Positions 30,243 through 41,841 of a stretch of 64,000 bases of DNA are shown piece by piece. The DNA comes from an uncultured Verrucomicrobiae bacterium (GTDB lineage Bacteria; Verrucomicrobiota; Verrucomicrobiia; Chthoniobacterales; JAFAMB01): the NCBI GenBank assembly GCA_963789065.1, contig CAWBKA010000025.1, positions 13,211 to 77,210 of the forward strand. The letters are read 5' to 3'. The notes beneath the pieces were generated by a model that saw only the letters and a list, made by a program, of their open reading frames with translations, had not been told where the DNA came from and searched no databases. Made by a program: the position numbers and the translations under genes. The first letter of the stretch is position 1; each line of letters begins with the position of its first letter.

Positions 30243-30613
30243 GATTAAAATTCCTTGCGAAAAGCAGGCGGGCTGGATGCTAAATATCTAGAGTCGAATT
30301 CGAAGAGTTTCAAGATTTTACAGAGCCTCAGGTGTCAAGTCAGCATGTCACGTGTTCACGACATCAAATTCACCCTGCTTGGAAGATCGAAAACGAGGAC
30401 GAGGACGATTTTTAGGCGCGATTTTCGATAAACGAGCGATCCGCTCGAGCGACGACGTTCATGCGCGTAAGCAAAGCGTCCCCGCTTTGCCTCTTGAGGA
30501 ACCGAGCGAAGCGAGAGGCTTCGGCGACCGCCGGAGCGACCGGGTGACGAGTGCGGCCTGGAAGATTGGAAAAACCGCGAATGGACACAAATGAACGCGA
30601 AGGGGATCCCATT

Positions 30614-30682
30614 CAGAGTCATAACAAGGCTTTCCTAAATCGGGAGCAGTGCCTCGGCGTTGCACCGGTCATCTTCCGGTGA
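30614..30682 (+). repeat. Left copy of a 69-70-bp hairpin-containing direct repeat flanking the RAYT gene
   Basis: CAGAGTCATAACAAGGCTTTCCTAAATCGGGAGCAGTGCCTCGGCGTTGCACCGGTCATCTTCCGGTGA. Confidence 0.85.
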
Positions 30683-31018
30683 AATGGAGCATAAAGCGGG
30701 GGGACAGATCAAAAGTACCCGGTTAGTTAGCCATCCACATCACTGGCCGGGCCTGGGTTTTTGATGAACTCGAGGTGTCGGCAAATACCGCGAAATCCGG
30801 GTACCGGGGAGGAGCCGGGAGGAATAAAACTGCCAGTATTCGAATCTGAAAGCGGTTGGTTCGGGTAACCGATTTTTGCCGGTAACACGATTTGGCGCCA
30901 AACACTCCTGCGGCGCCTGAAAAAGCGACGCTTGGGCGATGTTAAACGATCAAATAATTGGGTAGGGGCTTATTATATACTACACAATTATTATATGTTG
31001 TGTACGTTGATTCGCGTT

Positions 31019-32023
31019 ATGCGTTTTCCGCGAGTCAAAGCTGAGGGTCAGAGTTTTTATCACTGCATTTCAAGAGTCGTGGAGGGCCGCTTCATCTTCG
31101 GGTCTTCTGAGGGTCGGTGTCTGGAGGCCGAGAAATTTATCGATCTGATGCGCCGCCTGGAGGCTTTCAGCGGTGTCCGGGTCCGGACCTACGTGGTGAT
31201 GGCCAATCACTTCCATCTGCTCTGTGAAGTGCCTGAACCCAGGCCTTTGACCCAGAGCGAAGTCCTTGAGCGCATCGAAGCCTGCTACGGCCCGCAACGA
31301 GCGCAAGCGCTCAAGGAGAAATTGGCGCGCTGCGCTGAGGGACCCGATGCCATCGAAGAGAGCAACCGCCTGCTGGACCCTTTTCGCAGACGCATGCATG
31401 ACGTCTCGATCTTTCTCAAAGAGCTCAAAGGCCGCTTTGCCCAGGGGTTCAACCGTCGGCACGGCCGTTACGGAACTCTATGGGCCGAGCGCTTTAAGAG
31501 TGTTCTGCTGGAAGGAGGCCAGGCCGTGGCGACATTGGCCGCCTACATCGATCTCAACCCGGTGCGAGCGGGCCTGTGCGAAGACCCCAAGGATTATCGG
31601 TACTGCGGTTATGCGGAAGCGCTGGCCAAGGGCTCCCCTCTGGCCCAGGAGGGAATCAGGATCATTCTGGATCTGCCGCCGACCACTTGCTGGAAGGAAC
31701 TCAGCGCAGAGTATCGCCAGCATCTGTTTTTGCGGGGTGCGGTTGCCACCGAGAACACCCCGGCAGCCTTTGGATCGGAGAAGGCCCAAGAGGTCGTCGA
31801 GCAGGAACAGGGAGAACTCTCGCTCCAAGAGAGGTTGCGCTGCAAAATTCGCTCCTTTAGTGATGGAGTCATCCTGGGCAGTCGCTCCTTTGTGGAATCT
31901 CATTGCCAGCGGCTCAAGCAAAAGATTGGTTACCAGCGTAAATCTGGCCCCACCGCGTTGAAGATCTTCGGCCCAGCCGCGCTCTGGGTCTTTCGCAATC
32001 TGCGCGTCCGGAAATTCGGCTAG
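31019..32023 (+). CDS. REP-associated tyrosine transposase (RAYT; Y1/HUH family)
   Basis: FYHCISRVV, YVVMANHFHLL (HUH), GTLWAERFKSVLL, AYIDLNPVRAGL, PKDYRYCGY. Confidence 0.92.
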   Translation: MRFPRVKAEGQSFYHCISRVVEGRFIFGSSEGRCLEAEKFIDLMRRLEAFSGVRVRTYVVMANHFHLLCEVPEPRPLTQSEVLERIEACYGPQRAQALKEKLARCAEGPDAIEESNRLLDPFRRRMHDVSIFLKELKGRFAQGFNRRHGRYGTLWAERFKSVLLEGGQAVATLAAYIDLNPVRAGLCEDPKDYRYCGYAEALAKGSPLAQEGIRIILDLPPTTCWKELSAEYRQHLFLRGAVATENTPAAFGSEKAQEVVEQEQGELSLQERLRCKIRSFSDGVILGSRSFVESHCQRLKQKIGYQRKSGPTALKIFGPAALWVFRNLRVRKFG

Positions 32024-32084
32024 GTTTGGCCGGATTTCCGAGTTTAAAACTACTCAGTAGCGCAGAACCAGACTTCGTGCTTCG

Positions 32085-32154
32085 CAGAGTCATAGCAAAG
32101 CTTTCCTAAACCGGGAGCGGTGCCTTCGGTGTTGCACCGCTCATCTCCCGGTGA
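32085..32154 (+). repeat. Right copy of the RAYT-flanking direct repeat
   Basis: CAGAGTCATAGCAAAGCTTTCCTAAACCGGGAGCGGTGCCTTCGGTGTTGCACCGCTCATCTCCCGGTGA; stem GAGCGGTGC/GCACCGCTC. Confidence 0.85.
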
Positions 32155-32639
32155 GTCAAATGCCAGATGTCGAGATGTCGAACAGGAACGCCCGCGAGGC
32201 AGCATGGGTCCGTTGGAAGGACGGAAGGACTAGTGGATGAAACTTTGAGCCTGTCCCTCGATGCTGTTTCTAAATTCCCTTTATGCCGTTGTGCTTGTTA
32301 TGCTCCGCATGGTATCTGCATAGCGAAGTCTTCGACCTCAAACCGACCAGGTGGTCTTTGCACTCCGCAAAGCTGCCTCAAAAACTCGGCTCATTGTTCA
32401 ACTTTTTGACACCATGAACGGTTAGCGCCGGGGCATTGAAGGAAAAACCGCGAATGGGCGCGAAGGGGATCGGCATCAAAAGCGGTTTTTACTCGTATCA
32501 ATTAATGTCCATTCGCAGTTAAAAGTTGCTCCAATCTCCAATCGGTCCGTGCTGGCGCTAAACACGTACTCCGCATAACGGGTTGAGGGCCACCTTGTCG
32601 TCGCCTTTCTCGTTCGCCCAGCCATCCGGTCCGTCCCCG

Positions 32640-33443
32640 CTCAACTATCTCCCCCGCTCAACTATCCACTATCCGACCCGTCGTCCTGTTGGCCGTGCCC
32701 CAAGTCTCGCAAGCGCCCGCACAGGGCCAACTCATTATCCGACCTGTCCCCGCTTTCATATTGTCGAGATTGAGCAACAGCGTAGAACCGCCAAAAGTTC
32801 GCAGACCGTTTTCCAAGCAGCGCAGGAACGTCTCGGTATCCTGCCTGGTGACCGCCTCGCTATAGGCCTTGCGCGAATAACTCAATACCATCCGCAAGAC
32901 CCAACCACGGCGCTTCTTTCCTTGGCCGTCATCGATCGGCGCTCCCAAGCCGAAATCCAGCTGGAGTCCTTCTCCCGGTTGGCATTCCAAACGCCAGATC
33001 CGCTCGGGCTGGACGACTCGCAGCTTGCGCACAAAGCGCTTTACCGATTGTAGCAATCGGTGAAGCCGTTTTCCTCCACCAAATCCTGGTAAATACGTGG
33101 CCAACACATTATCCGACCTGTCCCCGATTACCCCGCCTGTCCCCGATTACCCCGTTCCAAGTCTCGCAAGCGCCCGCACAGGGCCAACTCATTATCCGAC
33201 CTGTCCCCGATTAACGGATAGTGGATAGTTGAGCGGGGGGAGAGGCGGATAGCACGGCCAGCAGGGGACAGATCGGATAGTCGGGACACGGCCAACAGGC
33301 GCGGCCAACGGGGACAGATCGGAGGCGGGTCGTCCTGTTGGCCGTGCCCCAGTCTCGCAAGCGCCCGCACAGGGCCAACTCATTATCCGACCTGTCCCCG
33401 ATTACCCCGCCGACTATCCGATCTGTCCCCTGTTGGCCGTGCA
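32640..33443. repeat. Mosaic of a ~50-70-bp GGGGACAG-containing module (three copies plus fragments) interleaved with istA
   Basis: AGTCTCGCAAGCGCCCGCACAGGGCCAACTCATTATCCGACCTGTCCCC at ~32702, 33159 and 33351. Confidence 0.8.
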
Positions 33444-34085
33444 CAAGCCGAAATCCAGCTGGAGTTCTTCTCCCGGTTGGCATTCCAAACGCCAGATCCG
33501 CTCGGGCTGGAACGGCTCGCTGCTTGCGCACAAAGCGCTTTACCGATTGGTAGCAATCGGTGAAGCCGTTTTCCTCGACCAAATCCTGGTAAATACGTTG
33601 CGCGCTGAGCCCGACCTCCGTCTTGGCCATGATCACTTCGGCTAGCGGTTCGCACTGACTCTTTCGCCCAACGCCATTGCCGGCGGTCGAAATGGCTGGT
33701 TTTACTTCACTAACTTCTTCAAACCCGGCGGTCGAAATGGCTGGTTTTGCTTCACTAACTTCTTCAACCCGGCGGTCGAAATGGCTGGTTTTGCTTCACC
33801 AGCTTCTTCAAGCCCGGCGGTCGAAATGGCTGGTTTTGCTAACCGCAAATACCGGCCAACGGTCTCTCGATCGATCCCAAGCTCGCGTGCGATCCGTCGT
33901 CGAGACCAGCCTCGGTCGTGTAAACTGTAAATCGTTGTTTGCAAGCTCACTTTTAAGGAGTTCGACATGCTCCATTGGTCCCGCATCCGGGTTGTTCCGA
34001 GGAACTGTTTTTTGTTCCAAAAAGTGGCTGGTTTTAAAGCCCGTAATTTCGACCTTTAGTGGCTGGTTTTGACTGACCGCTGACA
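32752..34085 (-). mobile_element. istA: Degenerate IS21-family element: left end plus 5' part of istA, internally duplicated and interrupted
   Basis: End TGTCAGCGGTCAGTCAAAACCAGCCACT (34085 down); GWSRRRIARELGIDRETVGRYL, LSAQRIYQDL, ECQPGEGLQLDFG, MVLSYSRKAYSE, CLENG...FGG...LDNMKA. Confidence 0.88.
33680..33839 (-). repeat. 44-45-bp tandem repeat (3.5 copies) inside istA encoding AKPAISTAGLEEAGE
   Basis: CCGGCGGTCGAAATGGCTGGTTTT four times. Confidence 0.9.
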
Positions 34086-34089
34086 AAGT

Positions 34090-34117
34090 AAGGGCGACGA
34101 ATGAAATCGCCGCCCTT
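34090..34117 (-). terminator. Probable terminator hairpin of the DUF5069 gene
   Basis: AAGGGCGACGA-ATGAAA-TCGCCGCCCTT just past the stop codon. Confidence 0.5.
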
Positions 34118-34128
34118 GCTCGAATTAA

Positions 34129-34566
34129 TTAGTGCTTGAAGCTGGCAAGATCATCGGCTTCGAGAAAGTCGACAAGGGTAGAACTCTCCGGCTTCAGGTT
34201 CAGCTTGGCGCATTCGCCCGCAAACCAGTCCTTTTGCTCCGGATTATCGTAAGGGCGGTAACCCTCAACTCCCGTGGACCACGCCTGTATTTCTTCGGAC
34301 GTCTTGGGGGTACCGTGGCTATTGAACCAAGTCACGACCTCCTCATCGGTTGCGCCCGAGCCCAAAAGCTTTTTGACCTCGTCCGCCTTTACGCCCTTGA
34401 ACTCGAAGAGCATCTGGTCGAGGGGACAGGCGTAATGGTATTCGCCGGCGTTGCCTTCGATAGAGGCGCGACCTTTGTCGATCATGCGCGCCATCAGGGC
34501 ATAGCCGGCGAGGCGCTTGCGAGGACTACGGGGTGATTCTTGGGTGAGGTTTTTCGAGGTAGTCAT
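34129..34566 (-). CDS. DUF5069 domain protein
   Basis: PRSPRKRLAGYALMARMIDKGRA, GEYHYACPLD, LEADD. Confidence 0.85.
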   Translation of the reverse strand: MTTSKNLTQESPRSPRKRLAGYALMARMIDKGRASIEGNAGEYHYACPLDQMLFEFKGVKADEVKKLLGSGATDEEVVTWFNSHGTPKTSEEIQAWSTGVEGYRPYDNPEQKDWFAGECAKLNLKPESSTLVDFLEADDLASFKH

Positions 34567-34663
34567 AATTTAATTTGCGGTTTGTCGTCACAAGATGGTA
34601 AAACGACATATGTAGGTAATACATCATCAGACGGAGAGTCTGTCAAAGTGTTACCTTCCCACC

Positions 34664-35317
34664 ATGACCGACGAGCGTTGCAAGATCGATCCACGCATCC
34701 GCCGCACCAGGCAAATGCTCTTCCAAGCTTTTCAAGAACTCCTGACCGAAAAGACCTTCGACCAGATCTCAGTGCGGGATCTTGCTGAGCGATCCACTCT
34801 CAATCGGGCCACCTTCTACGATCACTTTACCGATAAGTTCGCCCTCCTGGAGGCGATGATCGGCGAAAAATTCACTAGCTTCATCGACGCCCGCATGGCG
34901 AATACCGTGGGCACCTGCGAGGCAGGTTTAAGGCAGTTGATTCTGGCCGCGTGCGATTTCCTGGCCGAGGTGTCGTCAGGATGCCAGAAGCATCAGCGGC
35001 AATTTGAGCCCATCGTGGAATCCCGCGTGAAAGCCATCATGCGCGAAACACTCTTGGAGGGCTTGCGGAATCATAAGGCCAAATCACCCGAGCTGAAAGC
35101 CACCATGGTTAGTTGGGCAATCACGGGCGCCGCGCTGCAATGGAGCCGGGAGAGAGAAACCTCGGCGGACGAATTGCGGACGCCGTTCTTCCGACCGTCC
35201 ATACCGCCCTGCAGGCGGGCGAATCGACTAGGCGGGGTAACTTTTTACCAGCAAATCGGCTGGATCGACATCCCAGGTGAGGGTCGTGTCGGAGATTTTC
35301 CTGAACATGACACTTGA
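34664..35317 (+). CDS. TetR/AcrR-family regulator (C-terminus probably frameshifted)
   Basis: DPRIRRTRQML, ISVRDLAERSTLNRATFYDHFTDKFALL. Confidence 0.9.
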   Translation: MTDERCKIDPRIRRTRQMLFQAFQELLTEKTFDQISVRDLAERSTLNRATFYDHFTDKFALLEAMIGEKFTSFIDARMANTVGTCEAGLRQLILAACDFLAEVSSGCQKHQRQFEPIVESRVKAIMRETLLEGLRNHKAKSPELKATMVSWAITGAALQWSRERETSADELRTPFFRPSIPPCRRANRLGGVTFYQQIGWIDIPGEGRVGDFPEHDT

Positions 35318-36221
35318 AGCTAGACAGCCGCCTTGGCCAAAGTCAACGACTGGATGCCAACGATTTGCGACTACGAATGCTGGTTCTCCCATCTGAGCGT
35401 CTATAATTTCAAAGCCGGTTCTATTATTTCAGCAGTCCGGTCCATGCATCGGATGAAAACCGCCAGAAGTCCCACGGTCGGTCATGAAGTGGCCAAGTCT
35501 GGGGCGTATGGAAATAACCTACGCCACCAAGCTCCATAACCTTATTCAGTTCGATAACAAGCTTCCAAGGCATCAAAATGTGTTCCAGGACAGCAAGTGC
35601 CCAAACGGCACGAAAGCGGCCGTGAGGCAGGAGCTTCGACAAATGATGCGCATCGCCGACAACGTCGACATTCTCGCCCGGCAAGACATCAAACCCCGTA
35701 TAGAGCCACGATTCCGGACCGCGCCCGAGAGCCAATCTCCAAAAAATGCCCAGGCTTCACGGTTCGTAGCAGTTCTAAGAACTTCCCGTAGGAACCGTAA
35801 ACCGGATCGCCCCGCAGTGCCGCTTGCCCAATCGAAGGTATAATGATCTCTGATCGGTCGGATAGCATTACGGAGAGACTCGCTTCTCGCCTTGGACGTT
35901 GACCATCAACTAGCCGACGTACCTCAGAAAATCTGGCGGTTCGTGCCTGGGCCCCATGCACAGCGGCAAGATCGGGGCTTTCGAGATTGAAGTTTCGCAG
36001 TGAGAATGCCTTCTTATCGTCCGCAATAAAATTTATCGCGCAAACACGCTTGTGTGGATCGAAAACCCATCCATTCAAATACAATACGTCATCAAAGATT
36101 GAGAATCGGTCGATGGCGTGGCTAATTGCGGCGGCTGGCTCATTGCCTCGTCGATGGGGTGGTTCTCCATTAAGTGGGCAACAAGCCTTTCGTATTCCTC
36201 AACGAAATGAAACTGAGCCAT
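35228..36221 (-). CDS. Class I SAM-dependent methyltransferase (several frameshifts)
   Basis: FLEIGSRARSG, GFDVLPGENVDVVGDAH, AVLEHILMPW, HTPQTWPLHDRPWDFWRFS. Confidence 0.72.
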
Positions 36222-36290
36222 CCATTTTTCTCCAATTTTTGTGTCACATGTCCGTACGCGGGAGCATCGTTAAATTGCCAATAAACACCG

Positions 36291-39287
36291 TCATTGGACT
36301 CGCGCAGACCCTCCAGGGACGCTCGGCCACTCGGTGTCGCGAGATGTTGCGTCTCCCGCTACATCCTTAACTGAATCGCTCTGAGAAAGATAAGCCGCCA
36401 ACGGGACAGAGCCAGCTGGACGACCCCACAATCCGTATTCGACCAATCGACAACACAACCCAAAATCCTCTGAACCTCGACCAGAATCTGAATAGCCACT
36501 AACGGCTGCCCAAGCCTCTTTTGAAATTGTCGCCACAACCTGAGGATGTTGTCCGGCCATGAAAAGACCTGCATCAAAAGGATAGTCGCCTTTCAATACC
36601 GAGGCCCCTGATGGAGCCACCTGCAAGTAGGTAAAGGCGGCGCTGCTGTCACGGATAGCGGACAGAAAAGCACTAGCACATCCTGATAATAATCTGATGT
36701 TCGCGTCTAACGGCAGCACCCATGGCGTATCGGCTGCGTCGATGCCGGCATTCCGTGTTAAGCCGCAACCGCATACCTGTCTTGTTACTTAAAACGATGA
36801 TTCGATTGAAAAAATTCGCATACCGTTTCGCCCACTCAACCGATAATGATAACGACTTATCGGTTGACGCGTCATCAACAATACAAGGTCGAGTACCTGC
36901 CAATGTTTGGGCTCGAACCGATTCCAGGGCTTCTTCTAGATGGGGCGCGCAGTTACGGAAGGGCGCGACAACGGTAAGCTCCGCGTCGCCCAATTTGTCT
37001 GCCTCAAACACCATCTCCGCATCTGGTATCCGGATGGCTATGGGATGTGGTTGCCGGCGCAGCATCTCCAGCGCAAAAGCCCGAGCCGAGGCTTGGCCCT
37101 CTCCACGCAACTGCGGAATGGCGGAAAGGATAGAATCGGCTCCGCCTGAGCGGGCCGTAACGCCACAACATGTCGTGTTGTGCGGCGCGGGCAACCTGGT
37201 GGCGCAGCATTTGGTCGTCTACCAATCGGAGCAGCATGGTATACCATTCCTCCGGATGATCTGCTAAAAATCCCGTCACCCCATGCTGGATTGCCCGCCG
37301 ATAAGGGCCGGTAGGGGAGGCAATCGTTGGAATGTCCACCAAAGCGGCCTCGAAAAACTTTAGTTCGCTTTTTGCTTCGCAAAACGGATTGCCAACTTCC
37401 AGGGGAGCGATATTGATATCAAAACTGGGCGATATTTTCTGGCAGCTGTGGCAATGGGACCATGTCATGCCACTCGATCTGACTTTCGATTCCTCGAAAG
37501 GCGGGGAATTCCTCGACGATGACCGAAGGCACAGTGACGATTTTCTCCAAACCGAAATTGGAAAAGCACTAAGCGGCACTGTGGCCTTTCGCGCAGTACT
37601 CGCGCCACGGCGTCCGCCGCGGCTCTCAAAGTCGCGCTGATGGGTTCGCGACCCGCCAGCATAACCAATTCGGACCAATCATCTGATTTCTCGGATCGAC
37701 GACGGCGGACTGCGTGGCGCGAGATCTGGTAAGTCGAGCGTTCGAAACCATTGGATAGAACCAACGCCGGACGAAAAAAGCGACGAATGTTGTGGCCAAT
37801 TCTTCAGTTGGGACCGTGCAATAATCCGCAGCAATCATGCTCGCATGCAAGCGTGCACAATGTTCTTTCCATCTGCTCGGTGGTATAACCGCTCATGCGA
37901 ATTCCATCGATTACGTCTTCACGAATCTGGTCGGGGTCCACCAGTAGGTCATCGATGTCAAAAACCAGCTCTGGCTCCAGCGCGACGGGCGGTTTCTACA
38001 GGCCCGAGCAATTCGGTCGTCCCAAGGCACACGCCACATCACAATGAGGTCGGCGTCCGCCATCTCGTGAGAATGTGCCAGTAATTCGTCCCGGCGTATC
38101 CAGGATGCTTGCATCCCCGCCGCAATAGCGGCCTCGACATGGCGTAGCGACACGATACAGGTTCCCAGGCGTATCCGGCTCGCCGGAAATATACAATAGA
38201 CGAGTTTTGATCCCCGGCCGATGAGGTCTCGGGCATGAAACTCCGGTACCGTAGCACTCCGGCTTTTGGCATTGGCCAATTCTGCACGTGCCTGGCTTGC
38301 GCGTTGAGCGGCTCGGGCTCTCAGCTGCTGCTCGGCAGCAAGCCGGCGCATGAGTACTGTCGCCTCCTTTTCCACCGATTGGATACGCCTCTCGTAGTTG
38401 TCTTCAAGAGACTGGATCTGTTTTTGGTACTCTGCAGACCTGTGTCTCCAAACGAGCCGCTTCGGCCCGCAATGGACTGGATGTGTGCATCTCTGTTTGC
38501 GGCCTCTTCTTCTCTCTCAAGCTCATGTCGCGCTCTCAGCGACCAGCGTTCACCGAGCAATGAAAATCGCTGACGGATGGCGTGCACTCTTATGGGGTCA
38601 CGCACCGAACAAAGCTCCAGCAGCTTTGCAGAGACCAAACGCCCCACCGCGAGCAGACCCAGACCGTGCCCGTGCAAGAATTCGAAGGAGGGAAATTGTG
38701 TACGCAGCTCTTCCCAAAAGCGCCAGACCCCGAAATCACGCTCTCTTACATTCGTGTCGTGAAACAAAACAATCGCGCTTTCGGATAACTTCGGTTGCCA
38801 GCTCTCGAAGTCCTGTCGCACGGCCTCGTAAGTATGCAGACCGTCAATGTGCAGCAGGTCCACCGAGGAATCGGCGAAATAGGGAAGCGCTTCGTTGAAG
38901 GTGCAGCGAAGAAGCTCGGAAAAGGCTCCATAGCGATCGTCATGGAACCGGCGCAAATCCAGATAGACTTCCTCGCCGTAATGTCCCGTTTGATCGTCGC
39001 CTTGCCAGGTATCCACAGCATAACAACGCGTATCCAATCCGTTACGCAGTACCGCCTCGCAAAAAGCGGAATACGAGACCCCATTGTGAGTGCCCAGTTC
39101 GACCAGGAGTTCGCGGCTTGGCGGCGCCGACAATCCAATGAGCAAAAGGGACATGGCCGTACCAGGCACTGACTACACCCGTCCGCCCATCAGGCCAAAA
39201 GAGTGGGTCGAGGTCGGGTGCCCAGAGGTAGCTGCAGAGTGTCCTTATCTGCTCGAGTCGGTGGCAGGTGTACTCATTTAGCTTCAT
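36291..39287 (-). CDS. Multidomain glycan-biosynthesis protein: Methyltransf_24, coiled coil, GT4-like and GT2 domains (many frameshifts)
   Basis: SAWYGHVPFAHW, VELGTHNGVSY, VDLLHIDGLHTYEAV, FHDTNV; YISGEPDTPG, IGYAGGSRTHQRDF, APLEVGNPFCEAKSELKFFEAALV; IVDDASTD. Confidence 0.75.
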
Positions 39288-39315
39288 TTTGGCGCGGCCG
39301 TCCATCACCGCAGCC

Positions 39316-41769
39316 TTACTTGGGAGAAATAGTTGTCTCAAGTTGGAAGTTGCGCGAAGACCGGGGGTGCCATGGCTTTTTGCGCCGAGGCGGAGTTGGC
39401 ATTTCGAAATAATCGGGATGAAAGAGTAGATTTGGATTGTGGAATGGATCCGCAAAATCCAGCAACGATCCCCAGGTACTTTTTCAAGTACTCCCATTCG
39501 CGGAGTAATCGCTCGCGCGTGACCGGATCAACATCCTCCTTTCCACGCGAAGCGGATTCAAGGTGAAACAATTCCGCAAAGGGCGTCCAGACCACCCGGT
39601 AACCGTAATCTCCAAGGCGTAAACAAAGATCGACGTCATTGAAGGCCACCGGCAAATTGACTTCGTCAAACCCGCCGACTTCAAAGAAAACAGCAGGACG
39701 AATAGCGAGCACAAGTGGCAGTCACTGCCGAAAGCGTTCGCGTGAGGGCGAGTTGACCGCGATAGCCGGGATCGTTTCGCTCTGCGAGCCGGTGCACGTG
39801 AGACGCATATCCATCCGGCCCAAGCACCACACCGCCATGTTGCACTTGCTGATTGGCATAGAGCAGCTTCGCTCCCACAATACCCACGTCTGGCCGAGCA
39901 CATGTGATACCAATTCTCGAAGCCAGCCGGAGTCGATCACACGAATATCGTTGTTCAGCAGCAGAAGAACGTCGCCCTTAGCTTCTCGTGCGGCAGCATT
40001 GTTCAGTGCCGAATAGTTGAACAGGCCCGGGATAGCAAAGAATGCGGACGCGGCTTTCCTCACTGGAGAGACGGTCGAAAAGTCTCAGCGTGGCGGGTTC
40101 GACACTCCCATTATCAACGATCAGTACCTCAAAATTGCCATAGTCAGTTCGGTGTAGAACTCCATCGATGCATTCACCGAGAAGGTCCGACCCGGTCCCG
40201 GGTGGGAATGATAACGGAGACGCATGGCTCACAAGGAGGAAGTGGCCAGACAACGCGCACGGCGCCTGGAATCTGCGGTGCCGATTCGACAAGCGCATCC
40301 CGATTTCCCTGAAAGTCCAGATGATCGCGGACAGCCCGCCAGTGCGCTTCCGCCACATGAAGCCCAGGTCCTTCGTTTTTCGAAGAATCAGTTGCCTTCG
40401 CATCGCGACAGTGGTTGAGGATCCCGGGCACATGCACAATACGATCCGGAGTGGTCGCGCGCAGTCACACGCAACGCCAGATCGTAGAGATTCGGCCCCT
40501 TCAAAACCCGAACCGTAGCCAGCCGGCTGCTTCGACGAGGTCCCGGCGATAAACAGCGAGAGCGCTAAGATAGTCCTGCCCGAGAAGCAGGTCTGGATCC
40601 CAGCCGGGCTTGAACCACGGATCAGCCCGCTTCCCGTCAGAATCCAAGCGGTCACTATCGGTGTAAACGACATCTGCCTGTCGGTTGCCGCCCAGCGCGA
40701 TGACCACCTCGTAGAGTGCATGTTCCGCCAGAATGTCGCCAGGTTGGAGAAATGTCACAAATTCACCAGTGGTCGCGTGCAAGGCAGCGTTTGTCGATTC
40801 GGAGCTGCGAACCGAGCCCGATCGGACAAGTTTAATCCTTGGATCCAGGGTTCTTGCAGAAAGGAGAAATGGCTTGACCAGCGGTTCAGTAAGGTAATCG
40901 ACGGCGATGCAGAGCTCCCAATATGGATAGAGTTGTGAGGTTACAGATTCGAACGATTTGTACAGACTAACCACGGAGGTGGTGTCGACCGCAATTGTCA
41001 CCGAAATCAAGGGGCGGAAGGCCAATGTGGATATATGGGCACGGATCATTCCTCGATCCGTATCGCTGATGGTATCGTACTTGGCGACCCAAAGGCTGTA
41101 CGCTGTTTCTTCCTTCTGCGAAAATGAATGGACACTTTTTAGAGCTTCTTCCGAGTCAGCTAGCGCGGCGAGCACCTCTGCACGGGTTGCACCCGTTTCT
41201 CCTTTTGCCTGCCACAGTGCCAAAGCTTCCGTTTCTGGGGGACGACCGAGCCCATCGCGGTAGAGAGCATTCAGGTAATTGATATTTATCTGTTCTCCCA
41301 CTCCATGGCGCGCGCGAAATTCAGGCGATCGTACAATATTTTCAGCCAAAGCCTTTAGGGACAAACCCGAGCCCAATTCGCGCACCCAATGTTGGAGGCC
41401 CCCCGGCTCGGCTGGGCGACCCAAGGCCGCCTTATAAAGGCTGTTCACCCGCAGAGCGTGATCTTTGGCAGACAGACTTATCGGAGTGGTGGCACCGGTA
41501 TCGGCCACTGTAGCGAGGCGATAGAGGCGTGCCGATAAACTCGGAAAGGGCCGCAATACTCCGTGGCCGAGCGTCCTCAGAAATCGCTGGCCCACTACGC
41601 CGCGGAGGGATTTGGTCATGACCCGTTTCACCATGCTGCGCAAGCCGCCCCCGGTAAGCCGGTCGCCAGTGGCCCGCCAATACCCGAATCCTTCCCGGAC
41701 GGCCCCCTGGGCGGAAAACTGCTTCAGATTCGTAATAAGTTGCCGTGCGCGTTCTTGCAGGGAATTCAT
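39316..41769 (-). CDS. Glycosyltransferase with DUF4214 repeats and two GT2 domains (frameshifted)
   Basis: LYKAALGRPAEPGGLQHW, QLYPYWELCIA, VYTDSD...PWFKPGWDPDL, VSVIIPTRD, LLNNDI, VGAKLLY, GGFDEVNLPVAFNDVDLCLRL, HLESASRG. Confidence 0.82.
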
Positions 41770-41841
41770 TTGTCAGACGGGTATGGACGTATTGACCCGG
41801 CTTCTCGCTTCGAACCGAAGAAGAAGTGCCTGGCTACTGAT

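Noticed and set aside
32085-32154. Glycine-riboswitch-like words (GGAGA...CCGAAGG) on the minus strand
   Set aside because: The rest of the aptamer and a suitable downstream gene are missing; better explained as a RAYT-flanking hairpin repeat.
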